NCBI GenBank assembly: GCA_963755915.1
Contig: CAVWLP010000002.1
Coordinates: forward strand, 2,432,001-2,496,000
DNA: 64,000 bases
Direction of reading: 5' to 3'
Source: an uncultured Phycisphaerales bacterium
Lineage (GTDB): Bacteria > Planctomycetota > Phycisphaerae > Tepidisphaerales > Tepidisphaeraceae
Shown: piece by piece, positions 44,197 to 54,869 of the stretch
How the letters are laid out: each line of letters opens with the position of its first letter
Numbering within the stretch: position 1 is the stretch's first letter
The notes under the pieces: generated by a model
Seen by the model: only the letters and a program-made list of their open reading frames with translations
Databases searched by the model: none
Told to the model about the DNA's origin: nothing
Program-made: the position numbers and the translations under genes

Positions 44197-45150
44197 TCAC
44201 AACAGATTTTCCTGGCGCATCCAGTTTACGAAATGGGTGAGGCCCTGGCGGAAATTGGTTTTGGGCTCGTAGCCGAGGAGTTGGCGGGCCTTGGTGATGT
44301 CGGCGTAGCTGATCAGCGGCTCGGAGGGGGGAACCGGGGTTTCGATGATGCTGGCCTTGCGGCCGACGAGCTCTTCGATGATCTGCACGAACTGCAGGTT
44401 TTCGACGGGCTGGGAGCAGCCGAGGTTGATGATTTCGAAATCGAGTTTTTTGTCGAGGGCGGCGGTGAAGCCGGCGACGATGTCGTCGATGTAGGTCCAG
44501 TCGCGTTTGAGCTTGCCGGCGCCGTAGAGGGTGATGGGCTCGCCGCGGTGGATGGCGCGGGACCATTGCCAGGGCATCATGTCGGGCCGGCCGTGGGGGC
44601 CGTAGACGTTGAAGAATCGCAGCACCGTTGTGGGGAGCTTCCAGAGGTTTTGGTAGGCGTGGGCGAACATTTCCATGGCACGCTTGCTGGCGGGGTAGGG
44701 GGCGAGGGGGCGGTCGGCGCAGGCGGTTTCCTTGAAAGGGACTGGGGTGTCCTTGCCGTAAGTGGAGCCGGTGGAGGCGAGGATGCAGGTGGGCTGGCCG
44801 AACTGCCTGGCGGCGTCGAGGAGATTCACCGTGCCCTGGGCGTTGACCATCGCGTAGATGAGCGGGTGCTGGACGCTGTAACGCACGGCGGCCATGGCGG
44901 CGAGATGGGCGATGGCGTCGGGGCGATGAGCCAGGATGAGATCGCGAAGAGGCTCGGCGTCGCACAGATCGCCCCTGACGAAGGTGAAACGCTTTTGGGA
45001 GGTGAGGTCGTGAAGGTGGCGCTGTTTGTGCTCGAGGGGGTAGTAGTCGTTCAGGTTGTCGAAGCCGACAACTTCGTCGCCGCGCGCCAGTAGGGATTTG
45101 GCGAGGCGAGAGCCGATGAATCCTGCGGCGCCGGTGACGAAAACTTTCAT
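44197..45150 (-). CDS. NAD-dependent nucleotide-sugar epimerase (UDP-glucuronate 4-epimerase-like)
   Basis: VTGAAGFIGS, HLAAMAAVRYS, YPASK, LRFFNVYGPHGRPDM. Confidence 0.9.
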   Translation of the reverse strand: MKVFVTGAAGFIGSRLAKSLLARGDEVVGFDNLNDYYPLEHKQRHLHDLTSQKRFTFVRGDLCDAEPLRDLILAHRPDAIAHLAAMAAVRYSVQHPLIYAMVNAQGTVNLLDAARQFGQPTCILASTGSTYGKDTPVPFKETACADRPLAPYPASKRAMEMFAHAYQNLWKLPTTVLRFFNVYGPHGRPDMMPWQWSRAIHRGEPITLYGAGKLKRDWTYIDDIVAGFTAALDKKLDFEIINLGCSQPVENLQFVQIIEELVGRKASIIETPVPPSEPLISYADITKARQLLGYEPKTNFRQGLTHFVNWMRQENLL

Positions 45151-45183
45151 GGGTGTTCCTCCCTCCTTAGACGTAATGAAGTA

Positions 45184-46176
45184 TTAGTCCCTTGCATATT
45201 TATGTCGCTCGAGCCATCGGGCAGCCATTGCGGGCCAGGTGCTGAGGACGGGGTCTTTGCCACCGAGGCCGAAGCCGTGGGTGCCGTGCTCGAAGAGGTG
45301 GATTTCGAAGGGGACTTTATTCTTGCGGCAGGCCATGGCGAAAAGCAGCGAGTTTTCGACGGGGACGGTGCGATCGTCGGCCGCATGGACAAGAAAGCAC
45401 GGCGGCGTTTGGGGCGTAACCTGGCGGTCGGCGGAGAGGAAGATTTCAAGATCAGAAGTAGGATTGTCACCGAGGAGATTCAAGCGGGAGCCCTGGTGAA
45501 CGTAGGGATCAAGCATGGTAATAACGGGGTAGGCGAGGATGGCCAGGTCGGGGCGCGAGCTGACGCGGTTGATGGGATCGGGGGCGTCCGGGGTTCCGGG
45601 ATCGAAATGGGTTGCGGCGGTGGCGGCGAGATGCCCGCCGGCGGAGAAGCCGATGATGCCGATGCGGCTGGGGTCGATGTGCCAGGACGGGGCGTTAAAG
45701 CGCACCAGGCGAATGGCGCGCTGGACGTCTTCCATTTCAACGGGGTGATGATATTTCGGGCCGAGCCGGTATTTGAGGACGAAGGCTTCGATGCCCAGGG
45801 AATTGAGCCAATGGGCGATGGGAGCGCCTTCGTGTGGGGCGAGGTGGCCATAGCCACCACCGGGGCAGACGACGAAAGCGGCGCCGGTGGCGTTTTCGGG
45901 GGGGATGAGGAAGGGGGTGAGCGTGGGGACGTCGATGTCGCCGTCGCCGGTCGCGCCGGGAGCGGTAGAGTTCCAGAGGCGGATGGGCGGGGTGAGTGTC
46001 ACTGTGGAAATATGGCCGGGAGGGGGGGATTCATGACAGGATGATAGAGAGATTATGAGACTGAGGACAAGAATAAATGCCGATTGCCGATTGCCAATTG
46101 CCGAATGAAAGGCGCTTTCCTTATTCGGCAGTTGGACTTTGGCGAACTCAGTCGAGCCGTAATCGGCATTGTGCAT
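45184..46176 (-). CDS. Alpha/beta hydrolase (carbohydrate esterase-like); start uncertain
   Basis: CPGGGY, GFSAGGHLA, DDRTVP, HGFG. Confidence 0.88.
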   Translation of the reverse strand: MHNADYGSTEFAKVQLPNKESAFHSAIGNRQSAFILVLSLIISLSSCHESPPPGHISTVTLTPPIRLWNSTAPGATGDGDIDVPTLTPFLIPPENATGAAFVVCPGGGYGHLAPHEGAPIAHWLNSLGIEAFVLKYRLGPKYHHPVEMEDVQRAIRLVRFNAPSWHIDPSRIGIIGFSAGGHLAATAATHFDPGTPDAPDPINRVSSRPDLAILAYPVITMLDPYVHQGSRLNLLGDNPTSDLEIFLSADRQVTPQTPPCFLVHAADDRTVPVENSLLFAMACRKNKVPFEIHLFEHGTHGFGLGGKDPVLSTWPAMAARWLERHKYARD

Positions 46177-46270
46177 AGTCTCCCGATCCTAACCGCCACA
46201 AAAAGATTGCCAACCCCGGCTCATTCGAAATAGAATGGCCGATTCCCCGCCGGGCAAAGGAGCGATTTTC

Positions 46271-46843
46271 ATGGCATCGAAGTTGTGGCAGGAATTCAAG
46301 GCTTTCGCGTTCAAGGGGAACATGATTGATCTGGCGATCGCGGTGGTAATCGGGGCGGCGTTTACGGGGGTAATCAACTCGCTGGTGCAGGACATCATCA
46401 TGCCGGCGATTACGGATGTGGTTGTCGCCGTCAAGACGGGTGCGCAGACGGCGGAGTCGGTTGCGCAAAAGACGGTGGCGGCAGTGGGTGTGACGACGCA
46501 ACCATCGACACAGCCATCGGGATCGCAGGCGACCGCCGCTCCGGCGCCGGCCCCAGCGCCACCGCCTCCACCGCCGGCATCGCCTTCGAATCTTGATGTC
46601 GTCAATTTCACGTGGACCATCAAGGGGATTCGCATCGGCAACTTCATCGGGCAGTTGATCAATTTCATGTTGGTGGCTTTCGCAGTCTTCATCATGATGG
46701 TGAAGGTGCTGGGATCTGTCGTGAAAAAAGTGGGCGGCGAACCGGCGCCATCGGAGCCGACCAACAAGGAATGCCCAAAGTGCCTTTCGGTGATCCCGAT
46801 CAAGGCAACGAAATGTGCTTTTTGCACGGCGGACTTGCAGTAA
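46271..46843 (+). CDS. mscL: Large-conductance mechanosensitive channel with Pro-rich insert and C-terminal zinc ribbon
   Basis: [24 protein letters not shown]...[21 protein letters not shown]...KCAFC. Confidence 0.92.
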   Translation: MASKLWQEFKAFAFKGNMIDLAIAVVIGAAFTGVINSLVQDIIMPAITDVVVAVKTGAQTAESVAQKTVAAVGVTTQPSTQPSGSQATAAPAPAPAPPPPPPASPSNLDVVNFTWTIKGIRIGNFIGQLINFMLVAFAVFIMMVKVLGSVVKKVGGEPAPSEPTNKECPKCLSVIPIKATKCAFCTADLQ

Positions 46844-47219
46844 GACGAGGGGATCCTGAACTTGGCCCAGATTGCGACAATCTGGGCAATTCGCTGTGAA
46901 GCGTCAGGCGGACCTGTACCGCCCTGGTTGGTTCTTGTTCGTTTGCTCATGCGATTTGGCTGTCCGATCGTTACAGATTCTCTAAAGTGAAGGATGACTA
47001 ACTATCTGCTTGTGTTGGTTTAACAATCATTTAGCGCAACGGTTACCCAGTGCTTACCAGGGGGGTCGATTATTAAGGAGGAAGTATAGCGCCGGAAGTT
47101 GAGGCGCTAGTGTGCCGGGAACGGATTCCTGGCCGGTTTGGTTGTACCAATTCGGCTGCCTAAGTTCGCGGGGAAGAGGGGGGGATGGCAGTCGAAAGTG
47201 CCCGAAGGGAGTGGGCCAG

Positions 47220-49162
47220 ATGTCGACGGTTTCACAGTCGAACCCCATGATTTTTTCAAAACGTGCTGATTTGCATTGCCACAGCCGCGCAAGCACCGAG
47301 GCGGATGAGGCGATGCTCGAGGCGATCAAATGCCCGGAGAGCTACAGCGATCCGGCCGACGTCTACGCGCAGGCGAAGGGGCGCGGGATGGATTTCGTGA
47401 CGATTACCGATCACGACTCCATCGCCGGCGTGGCCGAGCTCGCGGGCAGGGCCGACGTTTTCGTCGGCGAAGAGCTGACCTGCTATTTCCCGGACGACCG
47501 CTGCAAGATCCACCTGCTGCTGTGGGGAATCGGGCAGCCGGAGCACGATGCGCTTCAGAAGGTTGCCAATGATATTTATGAGGTTGCAAAATACGTCGCC
47601 AAACATCGGCTGGCGCACGCGGTGGCGCATCCGCTTTACCGGCAGAATGGCGTGCTGGACCGGCGGCATATCGAGCAGTTGATCCTGCTCTTCAATGGAT
47701 TCGAGTGCCTCAACGGCGCGCACAGCATGACGCACCGGGAGGTGTTTGAGCCGATCCTCGATGAGCTGGATGGACATGAGATTCGCCGGCTGGAGAGGGA
47801 GCACGGCATCGATGCGCTGTGGCCGCGGCCGTGGATAAAGACCCGGACGGCGGGGAGCGACGATCATGGGCTGTTTAACATCGGGCGGACTTGGACCGAA
47901 TTTCCGGAGAGCGTCGAGACCCCGACGGAAATTCTCGAATGTCTGCGCGAGGGGCGCTGCCGGCCGGGCGGGGAGGCGGGGTCGAGCATCAAGCTGGCGC
48001 ACAATTTCTTCGGCGTGGGAATGCGGTATTACACCCGCGAGGTGGCGCAGTCCAAGAACAGCATTACTTCCCGAAGCATTCGCAGGATTCTTGGCGAGTC
48101 GCCCCGGCCCGGCCGGCTGACCGCGATGGGCAGCGCGTGCGGGCTTTACGCGCTGGGGATTTCGCGGAAGGTGAAGCGCATGCTCGGGATCGGCAAGCGG
48201 GCACGCGGAACCAAACTTCTGGGAGAGCTGGTTGCCTCTTCGGCGCTCAATCGCATGCGCGGGGCGGATGTGCTGAAGAAATCGCTAAGGGACGGGCGCT
48301 CGCCGCTGGCGGAGCATCAGTCGATGTTTGACCTGATCTGCGGGGTCGATCGGGACGTGACCCGCGGGATTGTCAACGCGGTGACGCGGGCCGTTTCGCG
48401 CAGGGAGCTTGGCGCGATTATCGACGCGGCTTCGGCGGTCATTGCGCAACAGGCGCTGCTGCTGCCGTATATCTTCGCGCTGTTTCACCAGAATCAGGAG
48501 CGAGACCTGCTGAGCAAGCTCTCGACGCGCTGGAAGGAAGGGGCGGAGGAATTTCCCCGGATCGGGCTCTTTACGGACACGGCCGATGAAACGGAAGAGG
48601 CCGGGAAATTTGTGGCAGAGTTTGGGAAGTATTGCGAGGCGCACGGCGTGCCGGCGTCCGTGCAGTTTGCTTCGAACAATGCCGTCGATGCGGGGAATTG
48701 GAAGATTTTGAGCCGGTGATTAATCAGAAATTTGCCTTTGTGGGCAAGGCCGTGCGCATTCCGCCGGTGCTGGAGGTGCTGGAATGGAGCGACCGGAAGC
48801 AGTTTGACGTGGTGCTGGTGAACACGGTGGGGCCGATGGGCTTGTGCGGCTGGCTGGCGTCGCGAATGCTGCGGGTGCCGATGGTCGTCGTCTGTCATGA
48901 CGATCTGCCCCGCCGGGTGCGCGAATTTACGCGCGGAGATTTCCGGGTTTCGGAAGCGGCGGATGGATATATCGCCTGGCTGCTACGCAGCGCGGCCAAG
49001 GTGCTGACAACCGGGCAGGGAGCGGCGAAATTTTCGGGGATTCGGCAGCGCAGACTGCCGGCGATCGATCCGCTGGACTGCGTCTGGGACGCATGTTTCC
49101 AGGCAGCGCGAGGAATCGGCAGCGAGGATGAGAATCCCGCGCGGGAGGCGATACACGCATGA
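47220..49162 (+). CDS. PHP-domain protein fused to a glycosyltransferase-like N-terminal domain (frameshift near 48705)
   Basis: ADLHCHS, MDFVTITDHD, AHP, FECLNG, AGSDDH; then IGLFTDT, NTVGPMGL, HDDLP. Confidence 0.75.
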
Positions 49163-50343
49163 TGCCCATCAACTACGAAGATCATTCGGTTGAGGAACGG
49201 CCCAGGCCGCGGATTGTGATTCTCTCGGCCTCGGTCGGCTCGGGACACCTGCGGGCGGCGCAGGCGATTGAATCGGCGCTGGGGACGCTTTTGCCCGATG
49301 CGACGATTGCGCACGTCGATGCCCTGGACCTCACCAACCGTCCATTTCGGCGGGCCTATGGAGCGGGATATTTCCGCGTGGTCGAGCGTGCGCCGCGGCT
49401 CGTCGGATGGATGTACGATTTTCTTGACCATCCCTCAGACCAGGGCGCGGCGACGCGAACGCGACAGTTTTTTGAGCGCCTGAATTTCACACGATTAAGC
49501 AAATTGCTGACGGAAGAGCCCTGGGACCTGGCCGTCTGCACGCATTTTCTCCCGGCGGCGCTGATCGCCCGGCTGCGCAAACGGGAGCTGGTCAATTTTC
49601 CACAGGCGGTGGTGGTAACCGATTTTGACGTGCATGGGATGTGGATCAGCCGGCCCTGCGAGCGGTTCTTCGTCGCGACGGAAGAGGCCAAGGCGAACCT
49701 CCAATCGCAGGAAATCGACGGGCGCGATATCCAGGTGACGGGGATTCCGATCGATCCGCACTTTTCCGAGCGACTGGATCGTTCGGAGGCAATCCGGCGC
49801 TGCGGGCTGTCCGAAGACCGAATGATCGTCCTTCAACTGGCGGGTGGTTTTGGGGTGGGATCGATCGAGCGCATTCACCGCTCGATCTGCGACATTCAGC
49901 GCCCGCTGCAAATCGTCGTCGTCACCGGGCGGAACGAGAGCGCGGCGGGGCGCTGGCGGCGATCGAACATGATTCGCGGCATCGGCGCAAGATTTTGGGA
50001 TACACCAACCAGATGCACGAGCTTCTTCGGGCCGCGGACGTGGTCGTGACCAAGCCGGGCGGGTTGACGACCGCCGAGTCGCTGGCCAGCGGGTGCCCGA
50101 TGGCGATCGCCGAGCCGATTCCGGGGCAGGAGGATCGCAATGCCGATTTCCTGCTCGAGAACGGCTGCGCGATCAAGATCAATAACCTGGCTTCGCTGAC
50201 CCACAAACTGGGTTCGCTATTGGACGATTCGCCGCGGCTGGGCCGGATGCGGACATCGGCGCTGCGCCGCGCGGCCGCACGCCGCGGCAGATGTGGCGGC
50301 GAGCTGCATCCAACTCTTGCATCATCACCCAATGATCGCGTAA
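49159..50343 (+). CDS. MGDG synthase / UgtP-like GT28 glycosyltransferase (frameshifts; end approximate)
   Basis: SASVGSGHLRAAQA, CTHFLP, VVTDF, TGIPI, TKPGGLT, PIPGQEDRNA. Confidence 0.88.
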
Positions 50344-50356
50344 AACGACGGGCGAT

Positions 50357-50827
50357 ATGCATCACCTGGTTTTGTGTGGGTTTCTCGTCGCGCTCGCTTT
50401 CGCTTTCGCGCGGGTGGAGATTGAGATCGAGGGGCCGCACGGATGGGCGGCCAATTTGCCCACCTGGCGGATTTCCAACCGCTGGACGAAGATATTTTAC
50501 GGCAATCGCCCGCTCACGGGATATCACTTCTGGCTTCAGGTGTTTGTCTTTCTGATGACGCATCTGCCATTCGCACTTTTTTTCGCACCCTGGTCCTGGG
50601 CGGGGGAATTGCAGGTGGTGGGGTTTGTGATCGTGTTCTTTATCGTCGAAGATTTTTTGTGGTTCGTGCTGAATCCGGCGTATGGGATTCGGCGCTTCCG
50701 CAAGCAGCATATCTGGTGGCACAGCCCGACCTGGTGGTGGATCATGCCGCGCGATTACTGGGTTTTTCTGCTGGTAGGTTGCGGTTCGTACGCGGCGGGT
50801 GTTTGGCTGATGCTCCCGATTCGGTGA
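50357..50827 (+). CDS. Trp-rich membrane protein
   Basis: EIEIEGPHGWAANLPTWR, TGYH, EDFLWFVLNP; multiple TM segments. Confidence 0.75.
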   Translation: MHHLVLCGFLVALAFAFARVEIEIEGPHGWAANLPTWRISNRWTKIFYGNRPLTGYHFWLQVFVFLMTHLPFALFFAPWSWAGELQVVGFVIVFFIVEDFLWFVLNPAYGIRRFRKQHIWWHSPTWWWIMPRDYWVFLLVGCGSYAAGVWLMLPIR

Positions 50828-50834
50828 GCCATCC

Positions 50835-51753
50835 CTATTGGATTTCAGACGGAACGGTCGGTTCGAGATCGGATGAGGTCTGGACCCGGTTTCGCCCATA
50901 GCGTTTTGCGAGGGCGAGGGCGCGCTGGGCGGCGGAGATGATGTCGTGCGGGCCGTTGTTGTGGAGGTCGGAAACGCCGAAACTGGCCGTGACCGGCATT
51001 CGATTTCCAACGGCGGTCGCGAGGCCGGGGGCTTCAATCGCCTCCCGAAGCCGCTCGGCAAGCATCGAGGCGCCGCACAGCGAGGTCTGCGGAAGCAGCA
51101 GAATGAACTTCTCGCTGCTGAATCGGCAGACGAGGTCTTCGGTACGCGTGTTGGACCGGAAGATGAAACCGCAGAGGCGAAGCACTTCGTCACCCATGGC
51201 GGGACCATACTTCTCGTTGAATTCTTTGAATCCGTCGAGGTCGGCGACGATGCAACCGAGGGACTGCGCGGCGGGTCGCCAGCGCAATCTCCCCGGGGAA
51301 GCGCTCGTCGAAGTATCGACGGTTGTGAAGACCGGTCAGGCCGTCGATCAGCGCCTGCTCGGAGACGAGCTTCATCAGGTTCTGACGTTGCAGTGCGGCG
51401 CGGAAGCGCGCCTGGAATTCCGTTGGGTGGCAGCCGTGGGGAATAAAATCCGCGGCGCCAAGTTCGAGGGCGCGGATTTGCTGCTGTGTGTCGGTCGGCG
51501 CGGCCAGGGCGAGAATGGCAATCGCCCGGGTGGATTCATCCCCCTTAAGGGCGCGGCAGGCTTCGACGCCGACCTCGCCGGGGGTTTGCATGTCGATCAG
51601 GGCAAGGTCGGGATTGATTTGCCGGGCGATTTCCAGGGTCTGCGTCGCGGTCGCAGCGAAATGAAGCTCGGCAGCGTCGGGCGGCAAATAGACGCCGGCC
51701 AGCTTGCGCATGGCGCCGGTTTCCCCCGTGATGATGACTTTGAATGCGGGCAT
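50835..51753 (-). CDS. Receiver + degenerate GGDEF protein (frameshift near 51275)
   Basis: PDLALID, ALELGAADFI; DGLTGLHNRRYF; DLDGFKEFNE; RTEDLVCRFSSEKF. Confidence 0.8.
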
Positions 51754-51870
51754 AGCGATTCGCCGGCGTCTGACAGCTTTAAAATCGGCGAAAGCGGAGC
51801 GCGGCATAACCGGGGCGGGCGCGGAATTCAGTCGCGAGAGGATGTGCCGACGTTCCGATAACCAACGACG

Positions 51871-53619
51871 TCAGGCGATTGTCTTTTCGACTTCGTCGAT
51901 TCCCGCTGCCCCTTCGGCGATAAGGCGGTAGCCGCTCTCCTGGAGCGAGATGTATCCCTCGGGGGTCAGCGCCTTCTGGCAGGCTTCGATCGTGGGGCTC
52001 TTCAGGATAGTGTCGCGGAGCTTGGGCGTGGCGACGAGGATTTCAAATATGCCCCGGCGGCCGAAGTGACCCGTGCCGAAACATCTCTTGCACCCCTTGG
52101 GGTAGTAAATCTGCTTCACATTGGCGACGCCGGCCGCGGCGAATTTCTTCTGCTGATCGGGCGTGACCGGCTTGGCGACCTTGCAGTGAGGGCAAAGCTG
52201 GCGGACCAGTCGCTGGGCGACGCAGACGTGAAGGCCGGAGGCGACGACGTATGGTTCGACGCCCAGGTCGAGCAGCCGGAACATGCCGCTGATCGCCTCG
52301 CGCGAGTGGACGGTGCTGAAGACCAGGTGCCCGGTCATGCCGGCCTGCACGGCAACGCGCGCGGTTTCGGCGTCGCGGATCTCGCCGACGAGAATGACAT
52401 CGGGGTCTTGCCGCAAAACGCTGCGGAGGAGCGCGGAGAAGGAATTGCCCTGGGCATCGTTCACGGGAATCTGGGTTACGCCCTCAAGCTGGATTTCGAC
52501 GGGGTCTTCGATGGTAACGACGTTTCGCTGGCTGATGTCGATGTCGCGGAGAATAGCGTAGAGCGTGGTGGTTTTGCCTGAGCCGGTGGGGCCGCAGACG
52601 AGGATCATGCCCGCGTCCTGCTCGGCCGTGCGGCGCAGAATTTCCCGCGCCTTGGCGGGGAGCTGAAGGTCATCGATGTGCAGTGGAGCGTTGGCGGTAT
52701 CGAGAACGCGGACGACCAGCTTCTGCCCGTGCATTGCGGGGGCGAAACTGACGCGATAATCGACCCGGCGATCGACAAGGCCCTGTGCCGTTTTCGTGGG
52801 GACTTTGGCGCTGAAGTGGCCCTCCTGAACGATGTTCCGCTGGGCGATATCGATGTCGGACACGACCTTGACGGCGGACAGGACCTTGACGCCGAGCTCT
52901 TTGTTGAGATGGGCCGCATCGACCATGAATCCATCGACGCGGATGCGGACGTGAACATCGTCCATCTTCGGCTCGACGTGAATGTCGGTGGCCCGGCTGC
53001 GGAAGCAGACCAGCAGGATGAGGCGCAGGATGTTGATCGCTTCGCCGACGTCTTTCTTGGGGTCGGCGGGATAGGCGAGCTTGCCGCGGGCGTTGATGAG
53101 GGCGATCTGCCGATCGGTGAAGGTGCGGTCGGCAAGCGCATCGGCGCGTTCGCGGAGCTGGCGTTCGTATTCGTTGGCCGGTTCGGAAGCTGGGGCAGAG
53201 GCTTTCTTTTCTTCGTCCTCGGATTCCTCACCATCGACGACGAGGTCGGCCAGTTCGGACATTGCAGTGTCGGCGGCCTGCTTGCTGGGGGCATTGCCCG
53301 TCACGCGGGCGACGGGGACGATGAGCTTCATCTCCGTGCCGCCGATTTTGATGACATCGCCGGCCGCCATGGCGGCCTCGCCGCGCAGGGATTTGCCGTT
53401 CAGGAGCGTTCCGTTGCGCGATTCCAGATCGCGAATGCGCACGCCCTCGGCGTCTTTTTCGATGACGCAGTGGAACCGGCTGGCCAGCGGTTCCTCGATG
53501 ACCAGCAGGTTGGTGAAGTTTCTACCGATGGTCAGCGCGCCGGCTTCAAGCGGAACCTGGCGTGTTCCCTTCGAATCCTTGATTTCGAGGTACGAGCTTG
53601 GAACGGCGTTTTGGGGCAT
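51871..53619 (-). CDS. FHA-domain GspE/PilB-family secretion/pilus ATPase
   Basis: FHA: TIGR...ASRFHC...DLESRNGT. ATPase: ATDIHVEP, GPTGSGKTTT, TIEDPVE, LRQDPDVILVGEIRD, TGHLVFSTVH, CPHC/CKRC. Confidence 0.92.
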   Translation of the reverse strand: MPQNAVPSSYLEIKDSKGTRQVPLEAGALTIGRNFTNLLVIEEPLASRFHCVIEKDAEGVRIRDLESRNGTLLNGKSLRGEAAMAAGDVIKIGGTEMKLIVPVARVTGNAPSKQAADTAMSELADLVVDGEESEDEEKKASAPASEPANEYERQLRERADALADRTFTDRQIALINARGKLAYPADPKKDVGEAINILRLILLVCFRSRATDIHVEPKMDDVHVRIRVDGFMVDAAHLNKELGVKVLSAVKVVSDIDIAQRNIVQEGHFSAKVPTKTAQGLVDRRVDYRVSFAPAMHGQKLVVRVLDTANAPLHIDDLQLPAKAREILRRTAEQDAGMILVCGPTGSGKTTTLYAILRDIDISQRNVVTIEDPVEIQLEGVTQIPVNDAQGNSFSALLRSVLRQDPDVILVGEIRDAETARVAVQAGMTGHLVFSTVHSREAISGMFRLLDLGVEPYVVASGLHVCVAQRLVRQLCPHCKVAKPVTPDQQKKFAAAGVANVKQIYYPKGCKRCFGTGHFGRRGIFEILVATPKLRDTILKSPTIEACQKALTPEGYISLQESGYRLIAEGAAGIDEVEKTIA

Positions 53620-53656
53620 GGGGTCTGGTCGTTACATATTATAGGAAAGAGAAGAA

Positions 53657-53739
53657 ATTGCCGAATGCCGATTGCCAATTGCCGAATGGGGGAAGGGCCG
53701 CTCCTTCATTCGGCAATTGGCAATCGGCATTCGGCAATA
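53657..53739. repeat. Inverted heptamer array (TTGCCGA/TTGCCAA)
   Basis: attgccgaatgccgattgccaattgccgaatg ... cattcggcaattggcaatcggcattcggcaat; related tracts at 17341-17373 and 46081-46106. Confidence 0.75.
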
Positions 53740-53742
53740 TCC

Positions 53743-54552
53743 CTAATCGCCGCTCAGCTTCCATTTCGGACATTGGCCGAAGAATCGGCACGGATTCTTG
53801 TAAAAGATCTCACCGGCTTCCTTCTCGCCGTGTCCCCGACGGCGGTATTCCAGGAGGGTGTCGATCAGCATGTGGGGGTGGGAGTCACCCCAATCGCTGG
53901 CGCTGTTAACGCATATTTGCTGGGGGCCGTATTGCTCGAGGATATCGACGCCGCGCTGGGGAGTGACCTTGCTGACGGGGTAGATGGTCAGGCCGCACCA
54001 GAAGCCGGCGTCGCGGGCCATCTGGATGGTGTGCTCTTCACAATGGTCGATCAGGACGCGATTGGGTTGGATTCGCCGGTCGTTCTTAAGGATGTCGCAG
54101 ATGATGGCGGTGCCTTTGTGCTTGTCCTGAAGGTGGGGGGTGTGAATGAGAATGAGCTGGTTGGTCCGCGCGGCGAGGTCGACCTGCTCTTCGAAAATGG
54201 CAATTTCGTTCAGCGTATTTTTATGAAGGCCGATCTCGCCGATGCCCAGGACGCGGGGGTGATCGAGCAGCGGGGGGATCAGGCGGATCACCTTGCGGGC
54301 CAGCGAGACGTTTTCCGCTTCCTTGGCGTTGATGCAGATCCAGGAGTAGTGGTCGATCCCGAAGCGGGCAGCGCGGCGCGGTTCAATGTCGGTAAGATGG
54401 TGAAAATAATCCGAAAAACTCGACGCGGAAGAACGGTCAAACCCGGCCCAGAAAGCCGGCTCGGAAACGGCCACCACGCCGCTGCGGGCCATGAAGAGGT
54501 AGTCATCCGTCGTGCGGCTGACGCAGTGAATGTGCGGATCGATCAGCTTCAT
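53743..54552 (-). CDS. TatD-like metallohydrolase (EboB-like)
   Basis: DPHIHCVSRTTDDY, EPAFW, GIGEIG, IHTPH, IDH, NSASDWG. Confidence 0.85.
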   Translation of the reverse strand: MKLIDPHIHCVSRTTDDYLFMARSGVVAVSEPAFWAGFDRSSASSFSDYFHHLTDIEPRRAARFGIDHYSWICINAKEAENVSLARKVIRLIPPLLDHPRVLGIGEIGLHKNTLNEIAIFEEQVDLAARTNQLILIHTPHLQDKHKGTAIICDILKNDRRIQPNRVLIDHCEEHTIQMARDAGFWCGLTIYPVSKVTPQRGVDILEQYGPQQICVNSASDWGDSHPHMLIDTLLEYRRRGHGEKEAGEIFYKNPCRFFGQCPKWKLSGD

Positions 54553-54794
54553 TTCGCCTGGGACCTGCGGTAGGGCGGCGGGGGAGTCTGGTCGGAGAAG
54601 ATCATCTGGACGCGACGGGCGCGATCGGGAACCGCATCAAGTAAGACGGAGATCGCCTCTCGAAGTTGCAGGAGGCGCGGGTCGGTGGCGGCGGATTGGG
54701 CCCGGTCGAGACGGTCCAGGTCGGCGGCGAGGGAAAGACACCGCCAGCGCATTTCCAGAAGTACTTCGTCGGAAGCCATTTTTTCTCTCGGCAT
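54549..54794 (-). CDS. Small hypothetical protein translationally coupled to the TatD-like gene
   Basis: LEMRWRCLSLAADLDRLDRA...DRARRVQMIFS; ATGA overlap. Confidence 0.7.
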   Translation of the reverse strand: MPREKMASDEVLLEMRWRCLSLAADLDRLDRAQSAATDPRLLQLREAISVLLDAVPDRARRVQMIFSDQTPPPPYRRSQAK

Positions 54795-54869
54795 CGCATA
54801 ATTGTACGGCTGCTGACTGGAATTCGCATTTTTGGGCGTTAAAATAGTCCGGTCGCATCGGGGATCTTT

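Noticed and set aside
52678-54573. Long plus-strand ORF (631 aa) and similar antisense ORFs (18183-19115, 58823-59782, 30799-32031)
   Set aside because: Shadow frames opposite well-supported genes in GC-rich DNA; no motifs.
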